A stretch of 15,087 nt of DNA from an uncultured Thermoplasmata archaeon (GTDB lineage: Archaea > Thermoplasmatota > Thermoplasmata > Halarchaeoplasmatales > Halarchaeoplasmataceae): assembly GCA_964399335.1 (NCBI GenBank), contig CAYNQI010000025.1, positions 1 through 15,087 on the forward strand, in the 5' to 3' direction. Below are positions 8,057-15,087 of the stretch, in pieces; the stretch's first letter is position 1, and each line of letters starts with the position of its first letter. The notes below the pieces were generated by a model. It worked only from the letters and a program-made list of their open reading frames with translations, did not search any database and was not told the origin of the DNA. A program made the translations under genes and the position numbers.

Positions 8057-9107
8057 GAAATATTTCTTGTCAACTAAAGACCTAGTCACTATAGCTATCC
8101 TCTCCGCTCTAGGCGGAGGTCTATCAGTCTACGTTGGTTACTTGGGTAATCTGGTCAATAGAGTGGTTGGAGTACCCTTCGGTGCAGGTCAGTTCATGGC
8201 AGGTTTACACGTTATATGGATCGTTTTGGCGGTAGGCATAACAAAAAAGAAAGGTGTAGGAACCGCTACCGGTCTGTTGAAGGGCGTTGTAGAACTATTT
8301 TTAGGAGGTACACATGGAGTTGTGATAGTAGTAGTTTCCCTTGTTCAGGGTTTGTTGGTCGATGCAGTTCTTTTCAAAGATTCTACTAAAGAGAATAGAG
8401 GATTGATACCATACTGTTTTGCAGGTGGTATCTCTGCGGCATCTAACGTATTTATCTTTCAAGCATTCTTTTTTGCAGGAGTCCCGATAGTTTTGATATC
8501 TATGCTAGGTATGTTAGCATTTGCCTCTGGCATCATATTTGGAGGCTATGTCAGTCTTCAGATGATGGATTCTTTGGAACAAGGGGGACTCATATACAGT
8601 TCTAGAAATGAAAAGAAAGATACGGATAAGCCAGTTTACATCAGATACGGTAGTGTGATCGTTACTGTGATATTTCTTATCTCTTTCACAGTCGGAGGAG
8701 TGTATTATTTTCATAACGTTTACGAACCACCTGGTTCAGAGTCTATAAGCATAATTGGTGAAGTGGATAACGAATATGAGTTCGTATATGATGATTTTCA
8801 AGATCAAGAGGTAGTTGTATTTGCGGAACTCGAAGGATCGGTGACTTACGAACCACCTAGAAATTATACAGGTATACCTTTGAACGTGATCTTAAGCCAT
8901 GCAGAACCTCGGGATGGAGCCACCAAGGTAAGAGTTATAGCCACAGATGGTTATGACCGGGAATTCGATCTAGAGAGTGTGGTGAACGACGATGAAGTTA
9001 TCATCTCTTTTGATGATGGTGAATATAGGATAGTGGTGGATTCAAGAAAAGAAGGTTACGACGGCTCAGATTGGGTAAGAGATATAAGTAGGATAGAAGT
9101 TTCTTAG
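8049..9107 (+). CDS. ECF transporter S component (YkoE-like) fused via an extra TM helix to an Oxidored_molyb-like domain
   Basis: N-terminal ~175 aa of Gly-rich TM helices starting KDLVTIAILSA, then a basic linker, one more TM (YGSVIVTVIFLISFTVGGVYYF), and an acidic domain YTGIPL..VIATDGYDREF..WVRDISRIEV. GTG start overlaps the upstream stop by 8 nt; adjacent to ECF A and T genes. Confidence 0.75.
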   Translation: MDRKYFLSTKDLVTIAILSALGGGLSVYVGYLGNLVNRVVGVPFGAGQFMAGLHVIWIVLAVGITKKKGVGTATGLLKGVVELFLGGTHGVVIVVVSLVQGLLVDAVLFKDSTKENRGLIPYCFAGGISAASNVFIFQAFFFAGVPIVLISMLGMLAFASGIIFGGYVSLQMMDSLEQGGLIYSSRNEKKDTDKPVYIRYGSVIVTVIFLISFTVGGVYYFHNVYEPPGSESISIIGEVDNEYEFVYDDFQDQEVVVFAELEGSVTYEPPRNYTGIPLNVILSHAEPRDGATKVRVIATDGYDREFDLESVVNDDEVIISFDDGEYRIVVDSRKEGYDGSDWVRDISRIEVS

Positions 9108-9114
9108 TGGAATC

Positions 9115-10560
9115 ATGTTAGAAGTTCAGGGACTGTCTGTGACATACCCCAGCAAAGACAAACCTTCGATACAAAATATTTCCTTTTCGTTGAAACAGGG
9201 AGAGTTTGTTTGGCTTGCAGGGGAAAGTGCATCTGGAAAATCCACTCTCATGAACTGTATCTGTGGTTTCATACCTCAGATAATACCTGCTGATTTAAAA
9301 GGGTCCATCATATTTCACGGAAAAAAGAACCTAGAGCCACTCCAGCTCTCAAGACACATAACCATGGTTCATCAGGATCCAGAAACACAGTTCTGCACAG
9401 AGACTGTAGAGGATGAGATAGCTTTTGGATTAGAAAACAGATGTTTATCTAGAAGGAAGATAGATAAAAGGATAGAAACGACTTTAAGGGATCTTAACTG
9501 CAGTGAATTAAGATATCGAGAGTTACGTACTCTTTCTGGTGGTGAGAAACAGAAGATAGCCATCGCTTCTATGCTGGTTTTGAATCCGAAGGTTTTGATA
9601 CTGGACGAACCCACTTCCAACCTTGACCCTATATCTATGAATGAGGTTCTAAACGCTATAGAAAACGTACGGAGGAAAAGTCATGATCTGACTATAATCC
9701 TGGCCGAACATCGAATAGGCGACTTGGTAGAACAGATCGACCGGGTACTGAAACTAGAGGATGGAGGCTTATCCAGAGATTTTCAAGATCTAGAGCAAAA
9801 AAATTCCATAATGGATTACTCTTATCCAGAGTACTCTCGAGAGGGTGTGAAGGATGGTGAAACGTTACTGAAAATTAAAAATTTGGATCATACTTTAGAT
9901 GGTAAAAAAATACTCAAGGATATAGATTTAAAAGTTAGAAAGGGGGAGATAATCGCTTTGATGGGTAGGAACGGGTCAGGCAAAACCACTCTAGTAAAAC
10001 TCATATCAGCTCTATCGGAAGTCCATGAAGGAAAGATCAAGATATTTGATCGGGTCATGGACAGATCCAATAAAGTACAGCCTTATGAACTAGGGAAGAG
10101 GATAGGATATGTTTTCCAGAATCCAAATCACCAGATATTCGAGAACTCTTTAGAAGAGGAGATCAAGTTCGCTACTAAAAACTTCTCTAAAGGAGGAGCT
10201 AAGGCTAAGAAATGGCTGAAAAAGATAACCACTGAAGAAAACTTAGATGAAAAAACTCATCCACACACCCTGAGCTTCGGTCAAAAGAGAAGGTTGAATA
10301 TCTATTCATCTTCCCCTCACGACCCAGAATTCGTGGTGATAGATGAACCCTTCTCCGGACAGGATCATCAAAATGCTCTCATGATAGCAAAGATAATGAA
10401 TGATCTATGGAGGGAGGGAAAAACATTGATGATCGTCACTCACGATCTCGAATTTGCCAAAAAATTCTGCACAAGAGCTGTGGTCTTGAAAGATGGAGGG
10501 ATCGTTTACGATGGAGAGCCAGATAGTTTGAAAAGTGTGAGTGGTGAAAATGAAAAATAA
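9115..10560 (+). CDS. ECF transporter tandem (double) ATPase, YkoD/EcfA-A'-like
   Basis: Two NBDs: GESASGKS / QDPETQF / LSGGEKQ / LDEPT and GRNGSGKT / FQNP / LSFGQKR / IDEPF. Confidence 0.9.
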   Translation: MLEVQGLSVTYPSKDKPSIQNISFSLKQGEFVWLAGESASGKSTLMNCICGFIPQIIPADLKGSIIFHGKKNLEPLQLSRHITMVHQDPETQFCTETVEDEIAFGLENRCLSRRKIDKRIETTLRDLNCSELRYRELRTLSGGEKQKIAIASMLVLNPKVLILDEPTSNLDPISMNEVLNAIENVRRKSHDLTIILAEHRIGDLVEQIDRVLKLEDGGLSRDFQDLEQKNSIMDYSYPEYSREGVKDGETLLKIKNLDHTLDGKKILKDIDLKVRKGEIIALMGRNGSGKTTLVKLISALSEVHEGKIKIFDRVMDRSNKVQPYELGKRIGYVFQNPNHQIFENSLEEEIKFATKNFSKGGAKAKKWLKKITTEENLDEKTHPHTLSFGQKRRLNIYSSSPHDPEFVVIDEPFSGQDHQNALMIAKIMNDLWREGKTLMIVTHDLEFAKKFCTRAVVLKDGGIVYDGEPDSLKSVSGENEK

Positions 10561-11269
10561 GATCAACCCCGTTGTTAAACTCATAGCACTGGTTATCGGT
10601 GCAGTGATGGTTTTCCTCATCGATTCAGTCATGATCCTAATTTCTTTTGTTCTATTATTGGTACTCCTTAAAGTGATCTACAGTGTCAAAGGACGTTTTG
10701 GCAGAGGTATCGTTTTTTTGGTCGTAGCTATATTTTTAGCCCAAGTGATATTCGTACCCGAGGGGGAGGTTATACTAGATCTATGGTTATTCCATATCAC
10801 TTCGGGAAGCCTTATAAACGGCATTTTGATATCTGGTAGATTCTTTTCTCTTATCACTATGTCTTGGATCTTTGTAGGTACGACAGAACCTAGAGATCTC
10901 TCGTCTGCTTTATCCAATCTAGGTATTCCATATCGCTACAGTTTTTTACTGATAATCGCAATGAGGTTCGCACCGATATTCCAGTTCGAGTTGTCCAACG
11001 TGCAGCAAGCCCAGAAGATAAGGGGTTTGAAAATCGATAAGAATGTGAGGGGATTGATCCGATCAGTGAGGTTCACGACCATGCCTCTGTTATACTCAGC
11101 CATGTCGAAAGTGAACACTTTGGCTTCCTCCATGGAAGGTAGAGGTTTCGGAATGTACGACAAAAAAACATTTTTACATCCTATAAGATTCACATTATGG
11201 GATGCGGTGTTGATCATAGCACTTTTGGTCTTTAGTTTTAATGTATATTATCTAAACCTTCTTCTTTGA
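10541..11269 (+). CDS. ECF transporter transmembrane T component (EcfT/CbiQ-like)
   Basis: TM N-terminus, then RFAP, AQKIRG and SMEGRGF coupling-helix (x-R-G) motifs; overlaps the ATPase stop. The start may be ATG 10550. Confidence 0.9.
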   Translation: MVKMKNKINPVVKLIALVIGAVMVFLIDSVMILISFVLLLVLLKVIYSVKGRFGRGIVFLVVAIFLAQVIFVPEGEVILDLWLFHITSGSLINGILISGRFFSLITMSWIFVGTTEPRDLSSALSNLGIPYRYSFLLIIAMRFAPIFQFELSNVQQAQKIRGLKIDKNVRGLIRSVRFTTMPLLYSAMSKVNTLASSMEGRGFGMYDKKTFLHPIRFTLWDAVLIIALLVFSFNVYYLNLLL

Positions 11270-11915
11270 TCTTGTCGCCCCACTTTTTCATAAGTTCTCC
11301 TTGAGAACTGTATTTTGAATAATGGAGTAGCGACTCAACTAACTTTTCAGTGATATCTACTCTTGGTTTCGATACTTTTGAGAAATAGATATCTAAAAAG
11401 AACTCTACCTGATTGAATTTTTCATCAGTGAAAGCAGGTCTCATACGGAGTACCGATGTACACATATCTCCGAGGTCTCTTAGAAAATCACCGGTCTGTG
11501 CCTCTTCGAAGTCTATCCCATAGATTTTGTCATCAAATAATATGAAATTGGCTAAGATACAATCCCCCTTTCGTTTGTCAAACCCGAATGACGTGTGAAA
11601 TCTAGCTAACCACTCCGCTATACCGGAGAGGATTTTATCCACGTTTTCACGTGAATCAAAGATCTTTTTGCAGTTAGTTCCTGAGATATATTCGAGTATC
11701 AATGTGTCATCTTTGATATCGATGAGCTCAGGCACTCGGAGGCCTTTGTTTCTACACTCTTTGAGAAGAGTAAGTTCGGTTTTTAGATTATCCCGAAATT
11801 TTGGATCGAATTTTTTTACAATTAAATAATTTCCCTGGATTTCAACTTTATAGACCTTATTCTTTTTACTATCTAGAACCTGGACAACTTTCCAGCCATC
11901 AGGACCTGTCATCAT
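11238..11915 (-). CDS. Protein-kinase-fold phosphotransferase (RIO1/Bud32/APH-like)
   Basis: LIVKKF (catalytic Lys), TE helix-C Glu, LILEYI hinge, KGDCILANF catalytic loop (D...N), GIDFEE Mg-binding motif. Confidence 0.75.
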   Translation of the reverse strand: MMTGPDGWKVVQVLDSKKNKVYKVEIQGNYLIVKKFDPKFRDNLKTELTLLKECRNKGLRVPELIDIKDDTLILEYISGTNCKKIFDSRENVDKILSGIAEWLARFHTSFGFDKRKGDCILANFILFDDKIYGIDFEEAQTGDFLRDLGDMCTSVLRMRPAFTDEKFNQVEFFLDIYFSKVSKPRVDITEKLVESLLHYSKYSSQGELMKKWGDKIKEEGLDNIH

Positions 11916-12059
11916 ACTTCGTTATGTGGAATCAAGTATATGTATGTTTATCGTAAAATTGTTCAGGGGACTAGCCAACGATATGACTCATCCCCTTAAT
12001 TCGAAGGGAAGTATATTCCTCTGGGAATGGTTAAATAATTACAAGTGACTTCTAGAAAG

Positions 12060-12464
12060 ATGAACGACTCTAAAGATGGATCACCGATACTCACCCGCTG
12101 CGGATATAGATGTGACCTATGCCTGGCATACAAAGAAAATATCAAGAGCTTTGAAGATAGGGAACGGATCAGCGATGGTTGGTTCAAGTACTTTGGATTT
12201 CGTATCAGTCCTGAAAACATAAAATGTGACGGATGTTTGACTTCGGATGAAGAAAAACCCCATCTTAACGATGATCCTTGTCCCGTCAGAAAATGTGTCT
12301 TAGAGAAGGGATTCGAGAACTGTTCCCGATGTGAAGATTATATCTGTGAAAAGCTCGATAGTCGCATGGTAGATAGAAGTGATCTTGGATCGATTTCTGA
12401 AAAGGATTACAGATGTTTCGTGAAACCTTACGAAAGTCGGGAAAGGCTTGAAAAACTGAGATAG
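12060..12464 (+). CDS. Cys-rich DUF3795-like protein
   Basis: CGYRCDLC, CDGC, CPVRKC and CSRCEDYIC pattern characteristic of DUF3795. ATG 12060 preferred over GTG 12045. Confidence 0.75.
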   Translation: MNDSKDGSPILTRCGYRCDLCLAYKENIKSFEDRERISDGWFKYFGFRISPENIKCDGCLTSDEEKPHLNDDPCPVRKCVLEKGFENCSRCEDYICEKLDSRMVDRSDLGSISEKDYRCFVKPYESRERLEKLR

Positions 12465-12570
12465 GAATGCCAAAATTAATATATCTTTTATATATTATCA
12501 TTATCATGGTAGGTGAAAAAATGGTTGAAAAATCAGTCGATATGCATTTTTTTGTAAAGGGGTGTGAACT

Positions 12571-12720
12571 ATGAGTCCTTTGAGAGGCCCATTGAGAGGT
12601 GGTTCAGCAAGTAGAGATCCAATGGGTTATTTTGTAAGACGTATAGTCAGAAAACTCATCTTCATCATAGTAGCAGTCATCGTGATAGCGGTCTTGTACT
12701 TCATGGGCTATATCGGTTAG
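12571..12720 (+). CDS. Small single-pass membrane protein (49 aa), below the ORF-track cutoff
   Basis: Manual translation MSPLRGPLRGGSASRDPMGYFVRRIVRKLIFIIVAVIVIAVLYFMGYIG*; GGGGTG SD-like motif upstream; basic residues followed by a ~20-aa hydrophobic helix. Confidence 0.7.
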   Translation: MSPLRGPLRGGSASRDPMGYFVRRIVRKLIFIIVAVIVIAVLYFMGYIG

Positions 12721-12800
12721 ATCCTGATCCTTACCCATAACTATATAACATAGCAGCGGTAGCTCTATTTGAGATATACATAGCAGGAGGTGAATAGTAC

Positions 12801-12995
12801 ATGAAAGGAAAAGTTAAGTTTTATAATACCATGAAAAACTTTGGATTTATTGAACCTAATGAAGGTGATGAGGATTTATTCGTTCACAGAAGCGATATAG
12901 AAGGTAATTATCTTAAAGAAGGCGATGAAGTAGAGTTTGAATCGGAAGAGGGCGAAAGAGGCCCAAGAGCTGTCAACGTTAAGAAGCTCGATTAA
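12801..12995 (+). CDS. cspA: Cold-shock domain protein
   Basis: 64 aa with RNP1 KNFGFI, RNP2 LFVH and GPRAVNV; perfect GGAGGTGA SD; TATATAA box at about 12742-12748. Confidence 0.95.
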   Translation: MKGKVKFYNTMKNFGFIEPNEGDEDLFVHRSDIEGNYLKEGDEVEFESEEGERGPRAVNVKKLD

Positions 12996-13028
12996 GTAAA
13001 TATTCTTGATTAAAATCGGATATCAAAA

Positions 13029-13052
13029 TTTTTTCTTTTTTTCTATTTTTTT
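13029..13052 (+). terminator. Archaeal-type oligo-T terminator downstream of the csp gene
   Basis: Three runs of 6-7 T (13029-13034, 13036-13042, 13046-13052) starting about 35 nt after the stop. Confidence 0.6.
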
Positions 13053-13080
13053 AGTAGTTTGTGCCGGCTATGGTAAAATT

Positions 13081-13845
13081 TCAGTAGTGCCCCAATAGCC
13101 CTCTCTTTTTTGCCACCCTTTCCAGATAACTGAAGATCAATATACCTGCAAACAGATAGGCGAATGAATTTATGAGCAATATTGAGTAGTCAAAAACAGA
13201 GAAATCCAAGAGTGACATACCACCTACCAGCATCCGGTTTATCAAAATATTTCCCCATGATATAGGTGTGATGTAGATTATGTAGTGGTTCGTAATAGAT
13301 GGTAGCACTAAGAACAGTATGAACATGAATTGAAGTATTTGGTTACCCGCTTGGACTTTTTTGAAGACCAAAGAAAGACCCCCCATGATATAACCGATAC
13401 CATATATCGAAAGGAGTGCAAGTCCAACTAGAACTACAACTCCTGGATTCAAGATCAAGTATTCTCCGGTCACAACCATCATCACCCCCAGGAATGCAGC
13501 GAAAAGCATGAATTGGAAGATAAATGATGCTATAACTCGATAAGCTGATATCCTCCTGAAACTAGAAGGAGTGAGGTAAAGTTGTTCCAGTGTCCCGTCT
13601 CTAGCTTCTTGAAGTAATCCCCATGACATCTCACTGTAAGCCATGGCGGCGAAAATCCACATGGCGAATCCAACGATAGTTCCTTGTAGGGTTTCAGTTC
13701 CAGCTTCGAAGCTCCTCAGTCCAAAAAACACCAGCATGAAAAGTATGAATATGCCGCCCATACTCATTAAAGTGTTAAGAAAGTACCTTCTCAGTTCGAT
13801 GAAATGTTTTTTTACGATGGAGTAAAATATGATGTGCTCTTTCAT
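13081..13845 (-). CDS. ABC-2 type exporter permease
   Basis: About six TM helices, EARDGTLEQLYLTP motif, 4-nt overlap with the upstream ATPase. Confidence 0.9.
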   Translation of the reverse strand: MKEHIIFYSIVKKHFIELRRYFLNTLMSMGGIFILFMLVFFGLRSFEAGTETLQGTIVGFAMWIFAAMAYSEMSWGLLQEARDGTLEQLYLTPSSFRRISAYRVIASFIFQFMLFAAFLGVMMVVTGEYLILNPGVVVLVGLALLSIYGIGYIMGGLSLVFKKVQAGNQILQFMFILFLVLPSITNHYIIYITPISWGNILINRMLVGGMSLLDFSVFDYSILLINSFAYLFAGILIFSYLERVAKKRGLLGHY

Positions 13846-14807
13846 CTTACCACCCCGTTCTCCTCGATTATGTTCATGAAGATCTCTTCCATGTGAGTAT
13901 CTAGATTCTTGACCTTTTCCAACTCGATAGATCGTTCTTTAAGCTGATCAACGATCTTGTAGAATGAATTGGAATCGTTCAATACGACTTTCATGGTGGT
14001 TTTCCCGTTGATGTACCTCATGTCGGTAACGTTGTGTTCGTTTCTAATTTTCTGGAGTTGATGCTTTCCTTTTAGGATAAATTCGTAAAGGTGAACGTTG
14101 AAGACATTTCTCAGATTTTCTACAAGATCATCAGCTAAAACTTTACCTTTGTTGATGATTATAACTCTCTCACATACTTCCTCTACTACGTTCATATCAT
14201 GGCTGCTGAGTAGTATGGTTTTACCTTCTTCTTCTGCCAGTTTCAATATAAAACGTCTCAACTCCTTTGAAGTCTTGACATCCAAACCTAACGTGGGTTC
14301 ATCGAGCAGTAGAAAATCAGTCCCTCTGACGATAGCGCAGCTCAAGGCCAATTTCTGCTGCATACCACGTGATAATTTCCTAGCGGGAATATTTTCTTTT
14401 TCGACAAGATCGAACCGTTCCATCAGACTTTTGATCTCGGGTTCGACTTCTTTTTTACTCCTTCCGTGCAGCCCGGCGAAGAATTCTAGGTTCTCCCTGG
14501 TCGTCAACCGCCAGTAGATGTTCCTGTTACCTTCCAGAACAGCACTAGTGTTTATTACAGCTTTTCTGGTCTGTTTAACTGCATCGATACCGAATATGTT
14601 TATATCTCCTGCAGTAGGTTCAACCAGTCCACATATGCATTTGATGGTCGTTGTTTTTCCAGCACCGTTGGGTCCCAGGAATCCTACTACCTCACCTTCA
14701 TCCACGGAGAAGGAAACCCCATCTACCGCCTTGGTTGATTCTCCTCTCCATTGCGGATATGTTTTCTCTAGGTTACTGACTTTCAATGCATAGGTTATAG
14801 AACTCAC
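13842..14807 (-). CDS. ABC exporter ATP-binding protein (DrrA/NatA-like)
   Basis: GPNGAGKTT, LSRGMQQK, LLDEPTLGLD and SSH motifs plus a C-terminal regulatory extension; GTG start. Confidence 0.92.
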   Translation of the reverse strand: MSSITYALKVSNLEKTYPQWRGESTKAVDGVSFSVDEGEVVGFLGPNGAGKTTTIKCICGLVEPTAGDINIFGIDAVKQTRKAVINTSAVLEGNRNIYWRLTTRENLEFFAGLHGRSKKEVEPEIKSLMERFDLVEKENIPARKLSRGMQQKLALSCAIVRGTDFLLLDEPTLGLDVKTSKELRRFILKLAEEEGKTILLSSHDMNVVEEVCERVIIINKGKVLADDLVENLRNVFNVHLYEFILKGKHQLQKIRNEHNVTDMRYINGKTTMKVVLNDSNSFYKIVDQLKERSIELEKVKNLDTHMEEIFMNIIEENGVVR

Positions 14808-14815
14808 CTTCAGCG

Positions 14816-15087
14816 AATAAATCCTTTATCACTATGTGACCTCCTCACCCACCTAAATCTTTGATTTAGGAAGGTGTTTCCATCCCTTTGCTCGTATTTT
14901 ATCATCTGGTTTTCGAGCTACCGATGAAAGTTCGCAAGAACGTCTTGCGAAGGTAGAACGTCCACCTGTTTTGTGGTTATCACCTACCTCACTAACTTGT
15001 CTCTCTACGGGTAGTATCCAGAGGTTAGGTCTTCAGTAGCGACTTCGAGTACGGTCACGGTACTCCTGATGTCAGAAGAGGCTTTCT
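14816..15087 (-). ncRNA. Candidate TnpB reRNA/omegaRNA scaffold plus flanking guide
   Basis: At least five consecutive stem-loops: 15047-15065 (6 bp), 14951-14989, 14931-14951 (perfect 9 bp), 14902-14927 and 14846-14876. The putative guide ATAGTGATAAAGGATTTATT (14835-14816) follows the TCAC end. Confidence 0.5.
14836..15087 (-). mobile_element. Probable right end of an IS200/IS605-family (TnpB-type) element, continuing beyond the window
   Basis: The minus strand ends GGGATGGAAACACCTTCCTAAATCAAAGATTTAGGTGGGTGAGGAGGTCAC: a subterminal hairpin followed by GAGGAGGTCAC, resembling archaeal IS605/IS1341-group right ends. One minus frame is open from the edge to a TAG at 15005-15007 (possible tnpB tail). 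No transposase or tnpB motif is visible in the window. Confidence 0.6.

Noticed and set aside
8049-11269. Default cobalt/nickel transporter (CbiMNQO) annotation
   Set aside because: The S component lacks the CbiM/NikM N-terminal MH metal-binding motif, and A and T components are not substrate-specific.
11964-12030. Short hairpins between the kinase and DUF3795 genes (AGGGGA/TCCCCT, CCCTT/AAGGG, TTCC/GGAA)
   Set aside because: The stems are 4-6 bp and partly mutually exclusive, so they are not distinguishable from chance.
526-14793. Antisense or alternate-frame ORFs in the track (e.g. 526-777, 1822-2259, 2338-2559, 2746-2973, 3319-3540, 3802-4032, 4051-4275, 4393-4635, 5528-6250, 6703-7786, 8514-8714, 9372-10070, 10405-11217, 11996-12220, 12286-12507, 13643-13825, 14098-14793)
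   Set aside because: They lie within or opposite well-supported genes, have no motifs or RBS, and show shadow-ORF composition.
14816-15087. Nuclease-dead TnpB repressor (TldR-like) regulating the ABC operon
   Set aside because: The putative guide is simply the adjacent flank, as expected for any IS200/IS605 insertion, and the protein gene is outside the window, so there is no support.
1-15087. CRISPR arrays, tRNA or rRNA genes
   Set aside because: No regularly spaced direct repeats or cloverleaf/rRNA signatures were seen; non-coding gaps are short.

Overview
Archaeal-looking chromosomal window of low-moderate GC. GGTGA/GGAGG ribosome-binding sites, TATA-like boxes, an oligo-T terminator and acidic lipoproteins suggest a salt-adapted, possibly Thermoplasmatota-like host (inference). 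From left to right it holds: a putative HExxH zinc peptidase; a small Lys-rich protein; an AIFM2/NDH-2-like flavoprotein; a MenA-like prenyltransferase; an unannotated 5'-truncated HIT-hydrolase remnant; a UbiE/MenG-like methyltransferase; a small hypothetical protein; a five-gene ECF-transporter operon; a kinase-fold protein; a Cys-rich DUF3795-like protein; an unannotated 49-aa membrane peptide; a cold-shock protein; an ABC-2 exporter pair; and, at the right edge, a densely structured non-coding segment resembling the right end/reRNA of an IS200/IS605 (TnpB) element. The standout is the operon at 4668-11269. It carries six sulfite-oxidase-like (Oxidored_molyb-like) domains over three exported proteins: a 4-domain lipoprotein, a metallophosphoesterase fusion and an ECF S-component fusion. 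These are followed by a tandem ATPase and a T component. I interpret it as a candidate, apparently uncharacterised, extracellular scavenging/uptake system for a molybdopterin-type (Mo/W) cofactor or another phosphorylated cofactor. All family calls come from reading motifs by eye; no database searches were run.
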